This document shows positions 1 through 8,023 of a stretch of 23,275 nt of DNA, in pieces; position 1 is the first letter of the stretch, and the number at the start of each line of letters is the position of its first letter. Under the pieces are notes generated by a model. It searched no databases. It was not told where the DNA came from and was given only the letters and a program-made list of their open reading frames with translations. This DNA comes from Candidatus Bathyarchaeia archaeon (GTDB lineage Archaea; Thermoproteota; Bathyarchaeia; 40CM-2-53-6), in NCBI GenBank assembly GCA_049517415.1, contig JBEKSC010000032.1:1-23275 (forward strand), in the 5' to 3' direction. Made by a program: the position numbers and the translations under genes.

Positions 1-2
1 AC

Positions 3-518
3 GTGCAAGTTGTAGTCAAGAATTGTGCATGCGGCAAAATCCCGGTGAGCATTTCGGACGTTGTCCAGAGGAATTCTTGCCTGTCTATCCCACCGGACGT
101 GTACTTTGGCGGCTGGGAGGAGCATAGAGTAATCGGCTTCAGGGACACCGACTATAAGAAACTGTTCCGAGAGCTGGAGCGCTTAGGCCCAGTCGAAATA
201 ACACAGAAAAAGAACATACCTGAAAAGACCATACGGGATGCCTTCATAATCCCGCTCAGCACTGTCCTCTCCCAGTTAACGGGCAAACAGGCTGAGGCGC
301 TGATGATCGCGTTGGATCTTGGGTACTACAATCTCCCGAAAAAGATGACAGCGGAGGAGTTCGCCGTTAAGAACAAGGTGCCACGTACAACATTTGAAGA
401 ACACCTGCGAAAGGCCGAAAGCAAAATCATGCGAGCCATGGCACCGTACGTGAGAATGTATACCGCTCATTCACCAGGAGCCCCTGAGCGACCTCAGCAA
501 CTTTTCCCCCTTGCCTGA
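3..518 (+). CDS. HTH_10 (bacterio-opsin activator-type HTH) transcriptional regulator, 5'-partial
   Basis: C-terminal LTGKQAEALMIALDLGYYNLPKKMTAEEFA...PRTTFEEHLRKAESKIM matches the archaeal HTH_10 signature. The ORF is open at the window edge. Confidence 0.85.
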   Translation: MQVVVKNCACGKIPVSISDVVQRNSCLSIPPDVYFGGWEEHRVIGFRDTDYKKLFRELERLGPVEITQKKNIPEKTIRDAFIIPLSTVLSQLTGKQAEALMIALDLGYYNLPKKMTAEEFAVKNKVPRTTFEEHLRKAESKIMRAMAPYVRMYTAHSPGAPERPQQLFPLA

Positions 519-544
519 TTTCTATCCTCGGAGGCCAATAGGGA

Positions 545-622
545 ATGGGCACCATACGTCAGGATGTACGCATCGAAGCCCTACGAGCTGTTGAGAAGGC
601 CCCTCAAATCACCATAGGCTAG
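545..622 (+). pseudogene. Relic of the 3' end of a paralogous HTH_10 gene
   Basis: 549-568 (gcaccatacgtcaggatgta) matches 441-460 (gcaccgtacgtgagaatgta) at 17/20, and all three mismatches are synonymous (APYVRMY). After a frameshift it continues as RAVEKAPQITIG*. Confidence 0.6.
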
Positions 623-680
623 CCGAGCGCCCACACAGTACAGTTATTACCCTCTGGCTCAATATTCTCCCTCGATTTTC

Positions 681-1115
681 ATGTTCTCAAGGATTCTTGT
701 GGCTGTGGACGGTTCGCCAATTGCGGAGAGAGCATTGAAGTGCGCAGTTGATTTAGCCAAGAATTATGGCGCCAAGTTAATCATTACACACGTCGTTCTC
801 CGCCAATTCTATGCCGTAACACCTTCAGAAGCGGGGGTCCTTGCGAGCACAGTATTCGTGAAGGAAATGGAAGCAGAGGGAAACGAGATCCTGAAGAGAG
901 CTAGCGGGTACGCGAAGGCGGAGGGAGCGGATTATGAGTCAAGGTTGCTTAAAGGCGTGGCCGCGGAGGAAATCATTAAGCTTGCTCTTTCAGAGAAGGT
1001 CGATCTAATCGTGGTAGGTAGCAGGGGGCTTACTGAAGTTCGCGCGTTCTTGTTGGGGAGTGTCTCAGGCAAAGTGAGTCACCACGCTAAAATCCCCACG
1101 CTTATCGTAAAATAA
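681..1115 (+). CDS. uspA: Universal stress protein (UspA family)
   Basis: MFSRILVAVDGS, VDLIVVGSRG and LLGSVSGKVSHHAKIPTLIVK motifs; 144 aa. Confidence 0.95.
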   Translation: MFSRILVAVDGSPIAERALKCAVDLAKNYGAKLIITHVVLRQFYAVTPSEAGVLASTVFVKEMEAEGNEILKRASGYAKAEGADYESRLLKGVAAEEIIKLALSEKVDLIVVGSRGLTEVRAFLLGSVSGKVSHHAKIPTLIVK

Positions 1116-1123
1116 TCTCGTCA

Positions 1124-2431
1124 TCATCCGAGGGAAATCATCAGGTACAAGTCTCCAACATTAGTTCCCGTTCGACTTGTCACTAAACCGTCATTCAGCG
1201 ATTTGAAGAATTGGTAGGAATCATTTCGAGCCAGGAACTTTTTCGGGTCGAGTTGCTTTCTTCCAGCTCGAATAGCCGTTCTTCCATCCGCTAGCGCGCC
1301 GGCGGCATTGCTGTTTCCATCAACCCCATCAGTTCCCAGCGCAGCTACGACCGTCCCGTTGAGGCCCGTGATTCCCTCCGTGGCCCAGAGTACGGTTTCC
1401 TGGTTCCGGCCGCCTTTTCCTTTCCCTTTGACTTCGACGGTTGTCTCTCCTCCGACGATTATCGCCCGAGAACCAATGGCTGATTTTCCATGTTCCTTAT
1501 AGCCAGTAGCTAAGGACGCCAGCCCCCTTCCCATCTCCCGCGCTTCCATTTCGGCGGAAGGTGATAGGATCGTGGCTTCGACGCCGTCGGATCTCAAAGC
1601 CCGCTGCGCTGCGGTGCAGGCAGTCCTATTGTCTGCGATTATGAAATTCCGGACTCTCCTGAAGCTTGAGGTTCCCGGTTTAGGCGTTTCTGGAATTTGA
1701 CCACGTAACCCTTCGGTGAGGTAATCCTTGACTTGACGCGGCATCTTGAGCCATATTTCGTGTCGTTTCAGCACTTCTACAGCGTCTCGGTAGGTGGTTG
1801 GGTCCTCCACCGTCAACCCCGATGCGATGTCGGGTAGACAATTTCCAGGGACATCTGACACGATTAGGGACAAAATGCTTGAAGCTTTACATTGCTCAAC
1901 AAGCCGACCGCCTTTCAGAGTTGAAATGTGTCTTCGCACCGTATTTATCTCATGAATTGTAGCGTTGCTCGATAGAAGACATTGTGTTAGTCGTTTCTCT
2001 CCTTCCAAGCCGACCCCAGGCGGTGGGGAGGGCAGCATTGCGGAAGCGCCCCCTGAAATCAAGCAAAGTAGGAGTTCATCCGATTTCATCCCTCGAACTG
2101 TTTTGAGGACCATCCTAGCGGCGCTCAACCCGTCACTATCCGGTATTGGATGGCCTGCGCGAAGGACTTGAATACGTCCTTCACGAATTGGTATACGTTC
2201 ACCGTGTGGCGCAACAATGATCCCACGGGTTTCGTAACTGCCGAGAATTTCTAAGGCGGCTTTCATCATTGGTGCGCTTGCTTTTCCAACGGCAAGAACA
2301 ACGATACTACTGAACCGGGAGAGGAAAATTGTGAAGTCTTTGATTCGGAGTTGGCCATCTTTCACCTTGGCAGAAGATAGGACGCACCTATACGAATCTA
2401 CAGCGTGCAATGCTTCTTCGAGTGACTGCAA
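1124..2431 (-). CDS. gck: Glycerate 2-kinase (MOFRL/DUF4147 family); true N-terminus probably extends to about 2503-2530
   Basis: AVGKAS, AGHPIPD, LISGGASA, RRHISTLKGG, SDVPG, ETPKP, GGETTV, GGRNQE, GTDGVDG and TGTNVGD motifs. Confidence 0.93.
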   Translation of the reverse strand: MQSLEEALHAVDSYRCVLSSAKVKDGQLRIKDFTIFLSRFSSIVVLAVGKASAPMMKAALEILGSYETRGIIVAPHGERIPIREGRIQVLRAGHPIPDSDGLSAARMVLKTVRGMKSDELLLCLISGGASAMLPSPPPGVGLEGEKRLTQCLLSSNATIHEINTVRRHISTLKGGRLVEQCKASSILSLIVSDVPGNCLPDIASGLTVEDPTTYRDAVEVLKRHEIWLKMPRQVKDYLTEGLRGQIPETPKPGTSSFRRVRNFIIADNRTACTAAQRALRSDGVEATILSPSAEMEAREMGRGLASLATGYKEHGKSAIGSRAIIVGGETTVEVKGKGKGGRNQETVLWATEGITGLNGTVVAALGTDGVDGNSNAAGALADGRTAIRAGRKQLDPKKFLARNDSYQFFKSLNDGLVTSRTGTNVGDLYLMISLG

Positions 2432-2623
2432 ACACAGCCGCCGAGCCGTACGATCCGGGGCCGTGCCCCCGTTACGGACTAATTCGGCCTTGTTTCTGAT
2501 GAAGCCATCTTGGGATTGTTTCGAGGGAAGTTCAGGCCACCTTCACCATCTTCGATAAGCGGCAGGATAGAAAGTCGATGCCTACACGTAGGCGTAGGCG
2601 AGAAATTGCGTGATGGCCAGTTT

Positions 2624-2884
2624 CTAGGGGTTGCTGGATTGGCTCGATTCGCTTTCCGAGCTCTCTGATGGCATCGATTCAGTTGAAGGAGGTTGCTCGG
2701 CGCCTGCAGGTGGCGCTTCCATCATTGGCTCAGGCATTGACGGTTGTTCAACTGCGGGCATTCGACGTGGCGCTGCCGCAACGGGCTTCGGCTTAGGTTG
2801 CATTTTCTTTTTCGGTCTAGTCTTTTTCTTCGCCGTTCGCTTTGCTCTCTTCTTCGCACCTTTCTGGGACTTTCGCTTAGCCAA
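2624..2884 (-). CDS. Small low-complexity protein with Lys/Arg-rich N-terminus and Pro/Glu/Ser-rich C-terminus (histone H1-like composition)
   Basis: TTG start preceded by GGTG and an upstream AAGAC-TTATTA BRE/TATA-like element; fills an otherwise empty gap; coherent compositional blocks. Confidence 0.7.
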   Translation of the reverse strand: MAKRKSQKGAKKRAKRTAKKKTRPKKKMQPKPKPVAAAPRRMPAVEQPSMPEPMMEAPPAGAEQPPSTESMPSESSESESSQSSNP

Positions 2885-3114
2885 ACAGTGACACCGCTCT
2901 ATTGTCGAAGTTCAAATGGTAATAAGTCTTCTAGGAATTTCCCGGCGGAAGTACAGTTTCGCGGCAACCTCTTCGAGCTGTTGACTGAGGGGGGCTCCGT
3001 CGAATGCGAAGTGACCCACTGGGGGGGTTAAATAAGGGCGTTCAAGAAGATTTGAACGCTTGTCGTCCATGAACTCAAACGACGGCAACGGTCTTTGCCA
3101 ATACAAGCTGTTTT

Positions 3115-3639
3115 TTGGTTATAATGCTCAGCGACACGGGGCTCTATGAAAAAGTGCGGTTCGCACAGAACGCAGCCGGCGCCGTTGCAGGGCCGATGGA
3201 CTGCTGGCTTGTTCTGCGAGGCATCAAAACCTTAGCTGTGAGACTGCAACGCCATTGCAGCAATGCTAAGAAGGTCGCCGAATTCCTAGGCGGGCATGCG
3301 GAGGTTTCCAAGGTCATCTATCCCGCCTTCACCTAACACGCACAGCACAACCTGGCTCGAAAGCAAATGGATGATTTTGGTGGCCTGGTTAGCTTCCACT
3401 TGAAGGACTTACATTCCTGGCAGGAACTGTTGAAGCATCTGATAGTGTTCACGCCGACTGAGAGCTTGGGTGGCGTAGAATCCCTAATCAAACATCCGAG
3501 CTCGATGATACATGCTTCAGTTCCCAAAGCGGAACGTGATAGAATAGGGGTCACGCATTCTTTGATCAGAGTGTCGGTGGGTATTAAGGACGTCGAAGAT
3601 TTGATAGCCGACTTATCTACCTCGCTAGAGGACGTCTAA
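3115..3639 (+). pseudogene. Cystathionine gamma-lyase/synthase (Cys/Met metabolism PLP enzyme) relic, C-terminal half only
   Basis: ORFs 3115..3336 and 3367..3639 share a frame and are split by TAA at 3334-3336 (YPAFT*HAQHNLARKQM). DCWLVLRGIKTL, FGGLVSF, ESLGGVESLIKHP and LIRVSVGI motifs are present. The PLP-Lys motif and N-terminal half are absent. Confidence 0.88.
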
Positions 3640-3648
3640 GGAAACAGG

Positions 3649-4005
3649 GTGAGGCACGTGAGCGACGATAAGGTGAACGTTGAGATCTCCTTCGACGACT
3701 TCAAGAGAATAGATGCCCGAGTAGGAACGATAACGCAGGTAGAACGGGTTACTAGAACTGAAAAGCTGTACAAGATCCTTGTCGACCTCGGCCCGCTTGG
3801 GGTCCGCCAAACAGTCTCAAGCCTTGTTGGATATTACGAACCCGACCAGTTGAAGGGGAAGCGAGTCATTTTCCTTTACAACCTAAAGCCATCAAAATTC
3901 TCCGGCGAGGTCTCACAGGGAATGTTGCTTGCGGCTGAGGAAGGCGACAAGATAGCCTTGCTGACCACCGATGGTGAAGTGCCTAACGGGTCAAGAATCA
4001 CGTAG
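3649..4005 (+). CDS. tRNA-binding OB-fold protein (Trbp111/CsaA/MetRS C-terminal-like)
   Basis: ISFDDFKRIDARVGTI, KLYKILVDLG and NLKPSKFSGEVSQGMLLAAE motifs. Confidence 0.92.
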   Translation: MRHVSDDKVNVEISFDDFKRIDARVGTITQVERVTRTEKLYKILVDLGPLGVRQTVSSLVGYYEPDQLKGKRVIFLYNLKPSKFSGEVSQGMLLAAEEGDKIALLTTDGEVPNGSRIT

Positions 4006-4139
4006 AAACCAGCCTTTTCAGTCAAGAAGAGGGAAGGCTGAACAATCAACTGCGGAAATTATCTCGAACGTTTAAATGGAATGGCGTCTAATTCCAATTT
4101 GATTCTGAATAAATCTTTTCATTTCTGGAAGGTTATTGG

Positions 4140-4520
4140 TTGCCGAGGAAAGGTCCAACGGAACAGGACGTCTTACGCATAGTTATGGAACTCGGCGACA
4201 TGGGGATTCTGCAATCAGAGCTTTGGAGGCAGTTGACTGCTGACAGCCGCGAAGGTTCGAGAGCCATACTCAGGCTTGAGAAGAAGGGCTTGATCGCTCG
4301 AAAGAAAGAGCTGCATGAAGGCCGCTGGACCTACCGAGTATTTGCAAAGCGCCGTTACTCCACGATTGATTCTATCCTAGATATCCCATGTGCCTTCTGC
4401 GATTTAGTGGGCAATTGCCCTCAAGCCTGGATTCTGAATCCGAACAGATGTGAACATTTGACCAAATGGATGCACGACGTGGCGGACTCAGCGAAAGCGG
4501 TAACAACAAGTGCCGAGTGA
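4140..4520 (+). CDS. tfeB: Transcription factor E beta subunit (RPC34/hRPC39-like winged helix plus Fe-S domain)
   Basis: Winged-helix segment GILQSELW...SREGSRAILRLEKKGLI...RWTY followed by PCAFC-x5-C-x10-C..L..W; sits in an RNA-modification gene neighbourhood as described for archaeal RPC34 homologues. Confidence 0.8.
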   Translation: MPRKGPTEQDVLRIVMELGDMGILQSELWRQLTADSREGSRAILRLEKKGLIARKKELHEGRWTYRVFAKRRYSTIDSILDIPCAFCDLVGNCPQAWILNPNRCEHLTKWMHDVADSAKAVTTSAE

Positions 4521-5130
4521 TTGGCTGCGGCAGAGGAAGAGAGACCAGTACCACCGCCTCGCTAAGAAGAGAGGTTTCCGCAGTAGGGCGACGTTCAAGC
4601 TACTCCAAGTGGCCAAACAGTACTCCTTCGTGCGGCGAGGCGACCGCGTACTCGACCTGGGTTGCGCGCCTGGGGGTTGGTTGCAGGCAGCCCACCAGAT
4701 CGTTGGCGGGAGAGGATTCGTCCTAGGCGTCGACTTGGAGGAAATTCCTCCCCTTCAATTCACGAACGTTGTTGCAATCAGGGCAGACATAACTCAAGAA
4801 GGGCTCGTGGATCAAATTAGAGCAACGGCCCCGGGAACGTTTGATGTGATCGTCTCCGACCTTTCCCCAGACCTATCGGGCGTATGGGATGTCGACCACG
4901 CTCGACAAATCGAACTCGCCCGTTGCGCGCTGAGGGTTGCCCGCATTTTGTTGAGACCTTCTGGCAACATGCTCGTTAAAGTTTTTCAAGGTTCGGAGTT
5001 TAAGGAGTTTCAACTTGAGATGAAGTCGTCATTTCATATTCTTAGAACAGTGAAACCGCCTGCGAGTCGGCCTGAAAGTGCTGAGTTTTACTTCTTGGGG
5101 CTAGGCTTTCTCAGCCAAATTACGCAATAA
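4510..5130 (+). CDS. rlmE: 23S rRNA 2'-O-methyltransferase RlmE/FtsJ
   Basis: AKKRGFRSRATFKL, VLDLGCAPGGWLQ, SDLSP, KVFQG and KPPASRPESAEFY motifs. Confidence 0.95.
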   Translation: MPSDWLRQRKRDQYHRLAKKRGFRSRATFKLLQVAKQYSFVRRGDRVLDLGCAPGGWLQAAHQIVGGRGFVLGVDLEEIPPLQFTNVVAIRADITQEGLVDQIRATAPGTFDVIVSDLSPDLSGVWDVDHARQIELARCALRVARILLRPSGNMLVKVFQGSEFKEFQLEMKSSFHILRTVKPPASRPESAEFYFLGLGFLSQITQ

Positions 5131-6270
5131 TGCCACTAATTCTTCTATTTTCATATTGGTTCTGAAACCCTTTGGGTCAAAGTGTGTCCGGCTAGCTTGG
5201 TGGCCGCTCTCCTGCAAAGCCTCTACAACTCGCGCAATTCTGGGTGGCCTTATTCTGAGAGATCGAGCAAATGAATCAGTTCTATAGTAGAAAGGCGAAT
5301 TGTTTACTTCTTCGCCCGTGCAGGACAGAATCAGCTGGACCTCAGAGAGGCGTGAAGACGATAAGTTAGGAGTACGTTTCACCATTCTCTGAACCACCTC
5401 CCCATCCCACAGCGGGCCAAGCCATATTGGGCCACCGATTTGAGCCCTAGACCCACAAACTTTGCACACACGTTCGATTGACTCCAATGAATCAACTGAT
5501 TCTCGCATGAGGCATTTCGGGCAGTACTCGAGGAAACCTAGCAATTTGGCTGACACGTTCGCAGAGGCTTTACCCTTTCTCACCGTTGCGTAGATTCGTA
5601 CATAGTGGTCGGATGCATGTGCAAAGGCGACCTCAATCCCGAGTTCAATCCTAGTCGCGATGGCGGTGACGCAGCTTGCGAGGATTCTGAGAGCCACCTC
5701 TTTGTCAAATTCCGTTCGAATCGCGCTCGCACCATACTTCCTGAAGCATGCTGCAGGCCTTGCGCCCGTGAGCGGCCCCATATCAGTCGCAGTGGCCGCG
5801 ACGATACCGCCCTCTTCAGTCGCACGCAAGGCTGATTCCAAGTATTGTGCCGGGGATCCGAATGGGTCTAGGTCAACAAGATCGAACCTGTTCTGCATGT
5901 GTTGGAGCAGCAGCAAGTTCGCGTCCGATTCAAACACGGCAACTTGCTTCTCCACACCGTTGAGCTGGATTGTTCGCCGGGCCGCTTCGACCGCTTCAGG
6001 ATTCTTATCGGCCGCGATGAGGCTTGCAACGTTACGGGATTCGAGCACATACCGTACTGCGCGAACGCCCGACCCCGTCATGGCGTCACAAACGCGGAGA
6101 CGCCTACCATCCGGAAAGAAGGATGATGCAAATAGAACCGCCAAGTCCCGACCTAGACTCATTTTCGGATTGTAGAATACTCGTCGTGAGATGGTAAGTA
6201 GCCTAGCGCACCCTTCCGATAGCCCACTCGGCTGACTGGTTGGTTGCCAATCTTTTGAGGTCGATTTCAA
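5101..6270 (-). CDS. trm1: tRNA (guanine-26-N2)-dimethyltransferase Trm1
   Basis: VFYNPKMSLGRD, GSGVRAVRY, DLDPFGSP, TATD, CPKC...CKVC, GPIWLGPL and SRTHFDPKGFRT motifs. Start placed at the TTG at 6270, just after the NTPase stop, rather than at 6318. Confidence 0.95.
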   Translation of the reverse strand: MKSTSKDWQPTSQPSGLSEGCARLLTISRRVFYNPKMSLGRDLAVLFASSFFPDGRRLRVCDAMTGSGVRAVRYVLESRNVASLIAADKNPEAVEAARRTIQLNGVEKQVAVFESDANLLLLQHMQNRFDLVDLDPFGSPAQYLESALRATEEGGIVAATATDMGPLTGARPAACFRKYGASAIRTEFDKEVALRILASCVTAIATRIELGIEVAFAHASDHYVRIYATVRKGKASANVSAKLLGFLEYCPKCLMRESVDSLESIERVCKVCGSRAQIGGPIWLGPLWDGEVVQRMVKRTPNLSSSRLSEVQLILSCTGEEVNNSPFYYRTDSFARSLRIRPPRIARVVEALQESGHQASRTHFDPKGFRTNMKIEELVALLRNLAEKA

Positions 6271-6271
6271 T

Positions 6272-6811
6272 CTACATTTGACTCTCGATAATTTTCGTGA
6301 CCGTTTTCGGCAATTCACTGCGATTGTTCAGCGTTACTTCGAGGATTTGGTATGCGGGATTTGATTTGATCGCTGCGACTAGATAATGCGAGGCGCGTTT
6401 GTGGAGGGTCCCCACGAAATGTTTGGGGGTCGCCAACGCCATTTCAACGGCAAGTATGAAGGGCATGGAATTTAATTCCATCGGGCCGAGCTCGTCGACC
6501 ATTATTACGTCGGCCTCCAAGCTGGCACGCTTGATTGCCGTAACGGCTATGCGTTGAATGTCCGCCAAGTTCACGCAGTACTTGCCTACAGTTGGGCCTT
6601 CCTTCTGGGCGATGTGGGCAAGAGTCCCAGTTTCATGGGTTGAAAGGTCTTCGAGGCTGAACCCCACGCGGACACCCCTCTCTCGAAGCTCGCCAGAGAC
6701 AACTCCTCCCACTTTTCTGCCCTGAGCTGAGAGCATTTGATAAGTGCTGTTAATTGCGGTGGTTTTTCCGCACCCAGGTTCACCGGTAAGGAAGGTGCGG
6801 GAGGGAGGCAT
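6272..6811 (-). CDS. Nucleoside-triphosphatase THEP1 (NTPase_1, COG1618)
   Basis: Walker A LTGEPGCGKTT; RERGVRVGF; VGKYCV; Walker B IMVDELGPMEL. Confidence 0.93.
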   Translation of the reverse strand: MPPSRTFLTGEPGCGKTTAINSTYQMLSAQGRKVGGVVSGELRERGVRVGFSLEDLSTHETGTLAHIAQKEGPTVGKYCVNLADIQRIAVTAIKRASLEADVIMVDELGPMELNSMPFILAVEMALATPKHFVGTLHKRASHYLVAAIKSNPAYQILEVTLNNRSELPKTVTKIIESQM

Positions 6812-6829
6812 ACTGCTAGCAGAGAGGGT

Positions 6830-6850
6830 TGTAGCTTTTAACTTCTAAAG
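6830..6850. promoter_or_regulatory. Putative shared TATA box of the divergent NTPase and rnhB promoters
   Basis: TTTTAA at 6836-6841 lies 25 nt from the NTPase ATG (leaderless spacing) and 35 nt from the rnhB ATG. Confidence 0.4.
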
Positions 6851-6875
6851 CCCCACTGAAGTGTAGGTTGAATGG

Positions 6876-7550
6876 ATGGAACCGCCAATCGCAGGTGTGG
6901 ACGACGCTGGGCGAGGCCCCATCATCGGACCGTTAGTAATCGCGGGCGTACTTCTCGGGGAAAACCATGATCGCGAACTGAGAGCGATGGGCGTCAAGGA
7001 TTCAAAGTTGCTGAGCCCTGAAATGCGCGCAATGCTTGCTCCAAAGATAAGAATGCTTGCCGCGAAAGTTAGCGTGGTCGAGGCCCAGCCGAAGGAGATA
7101 GACGAGGTCGTGCTGCATGGAGGGAAGTTGAGGAAGCTGAACTTCTTGGAAGCGCAGTTGATGGCTCAAGTGATCAGCGAACTCGCCCCAAAGGAGGCGT
7201 ACGTTGACGCTTCGGACGTTAACGAGGAACGGTATGGGGAAACTATTCGAGAATTTCTGCCCGCAGAGTTACGCAGGATCAAAATTGTCTCTGAGCATCA
7301 TGCAGACCTAACGTACCCCGTTGTCTCAGCTGCCAGCATAATTGCCAAGGTGAGGCGGGACGAGGCCGTCGAATTCTTGCGAAGGGAATATGGGAATTTC
7401 GGATCCGGGTACATGACCGATCCAAGGACAATGGACTTCCTTAGAGAATGGAGGCGGACGCACGACACGTTTCCTCCAATTGTTAGGCTCTCTTGGAAGA
7501 CGATTAAGGAAATCGAGCTTGAGGTCGGTCAGGGAAGGCTTGGGCCGTAG
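6876..7550 (+). CDS. rnhB: Ribonuclease HII
   Basis: AGVDDAGRGPIIGPLV, GVKDSKLL, YVDASD, VVSAASIIAKV and GSGY..DPRT motifs. Confidence 0.96.
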   Translation: MEPPIAGVDDAGRGPIIGPLVIAGVLLGENHDRELRAMGVKDSKLLSPEMRAMLAPKIRMLAAKVSVVEAQPKEIDEVVLHGGKLRKLNFLEAQLMAQVISELAPKEAYVDASDVNEERYGETIREFLPAELRRIKIVSEHHADLTYPVVSAASIIAKVRRDEAVEFLRREYGNFGSGYMTDPRTMDFLREWRRTHDTFPPIVRLSWKTIKEIELEVGQGRLGP

Positions 7551-8023
7551 TCGGATAATTCTTTTGGTACTCCGAACGCGATTACGAAGATGCTGTGAAA
7601 TTTTCGGAGCAGTTCAGTGACTTGTGGCCTGTATAGATAATCGGCGTCTTGGTCCTTGTACATTTGGTAGTACTCATCGTTGGTGAGGCCTAAAATCTTC
7701 TTAACCGTGAATTCTTCAACGCGTTCACCTGAGACCGTGTAAATCGACCTGCCCAAATCCATTCTTCGAATGATTATGATTGGAAGCTTCAGGCGGTCCT
7801 GATATTGAGCTGGAACAAATCTCGCCAGCTCCTCCAACTCGGACGTCTTTAGCACGATAGCAGAACCGTCATTGGCCTCGACGGTCGGGTTCTTGAGTTT
7901 TAGGAGTTCGGTTAGGCTGCGCCTTTGCTTTGGGAGGTGGGTGTTTAGTTTTCGAAGCTCATGGCCGAGAACAGCGTCCAAGGCCCGATCCAATGATCTC
8001 TTTGAATCAGACAATAGGCTCAT
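7529..8023 (-). CDS. DUF61 (UPF0216) family protein
   Basis: ELRKLNTHLPKQRRSLTELL, DGS..VLKTSELEEL and LKLPIIIIR motifs; ATGA overlap with fibrillarin. Confidence 0.8.
   Translation of the reverse strand: MSLLSDSKRSLDRALDAVLGHELRKLNTHLPKQRRSLTELLKLKNPTVEANDGSAIVLKTSELEELARFVPAQYQDRLKLPIIIIRRMDLGRSIYTVSGERVEEFTVKKILGLTNDEYYQMYKDQDADYLYRPQVTELLRKFHSIFVIAFGVPKELSDYGPSLP

Noticed and set aside
2497..2530. CTGATGA hammerhead ribozyme core (also at 11060 and 11077)
   Set aside because: No correctly closed stem II followed by GAAA and no stem I/III pairing.
2631..3106. ORFs 2631..2891, 2744..3031 and 2912..3106
   Set aside because: Antisense shadows of the Lys-rich gene or ORFs without motifs.
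3334..3336. Stop-codon recoding (Sec/Pyl) in the cystathionine lyase relic
   Set aside because: The codon is TAA, the gene is also truncated, and TAA terminates intact genes in this window.
5660..6175. 171-aa plus-strand ORF and other antisense ORFs inside trm1, nop5, pst and the amidohydrolase
   Set aside because: Fully antisense to well-conserved genes and without recognisable motifs.
6271..6318. Trm1 start at 6318
   Set aside because: It overlaps the NTPase 3' end; the TTG at 6270 directly follows the NTPase stop.
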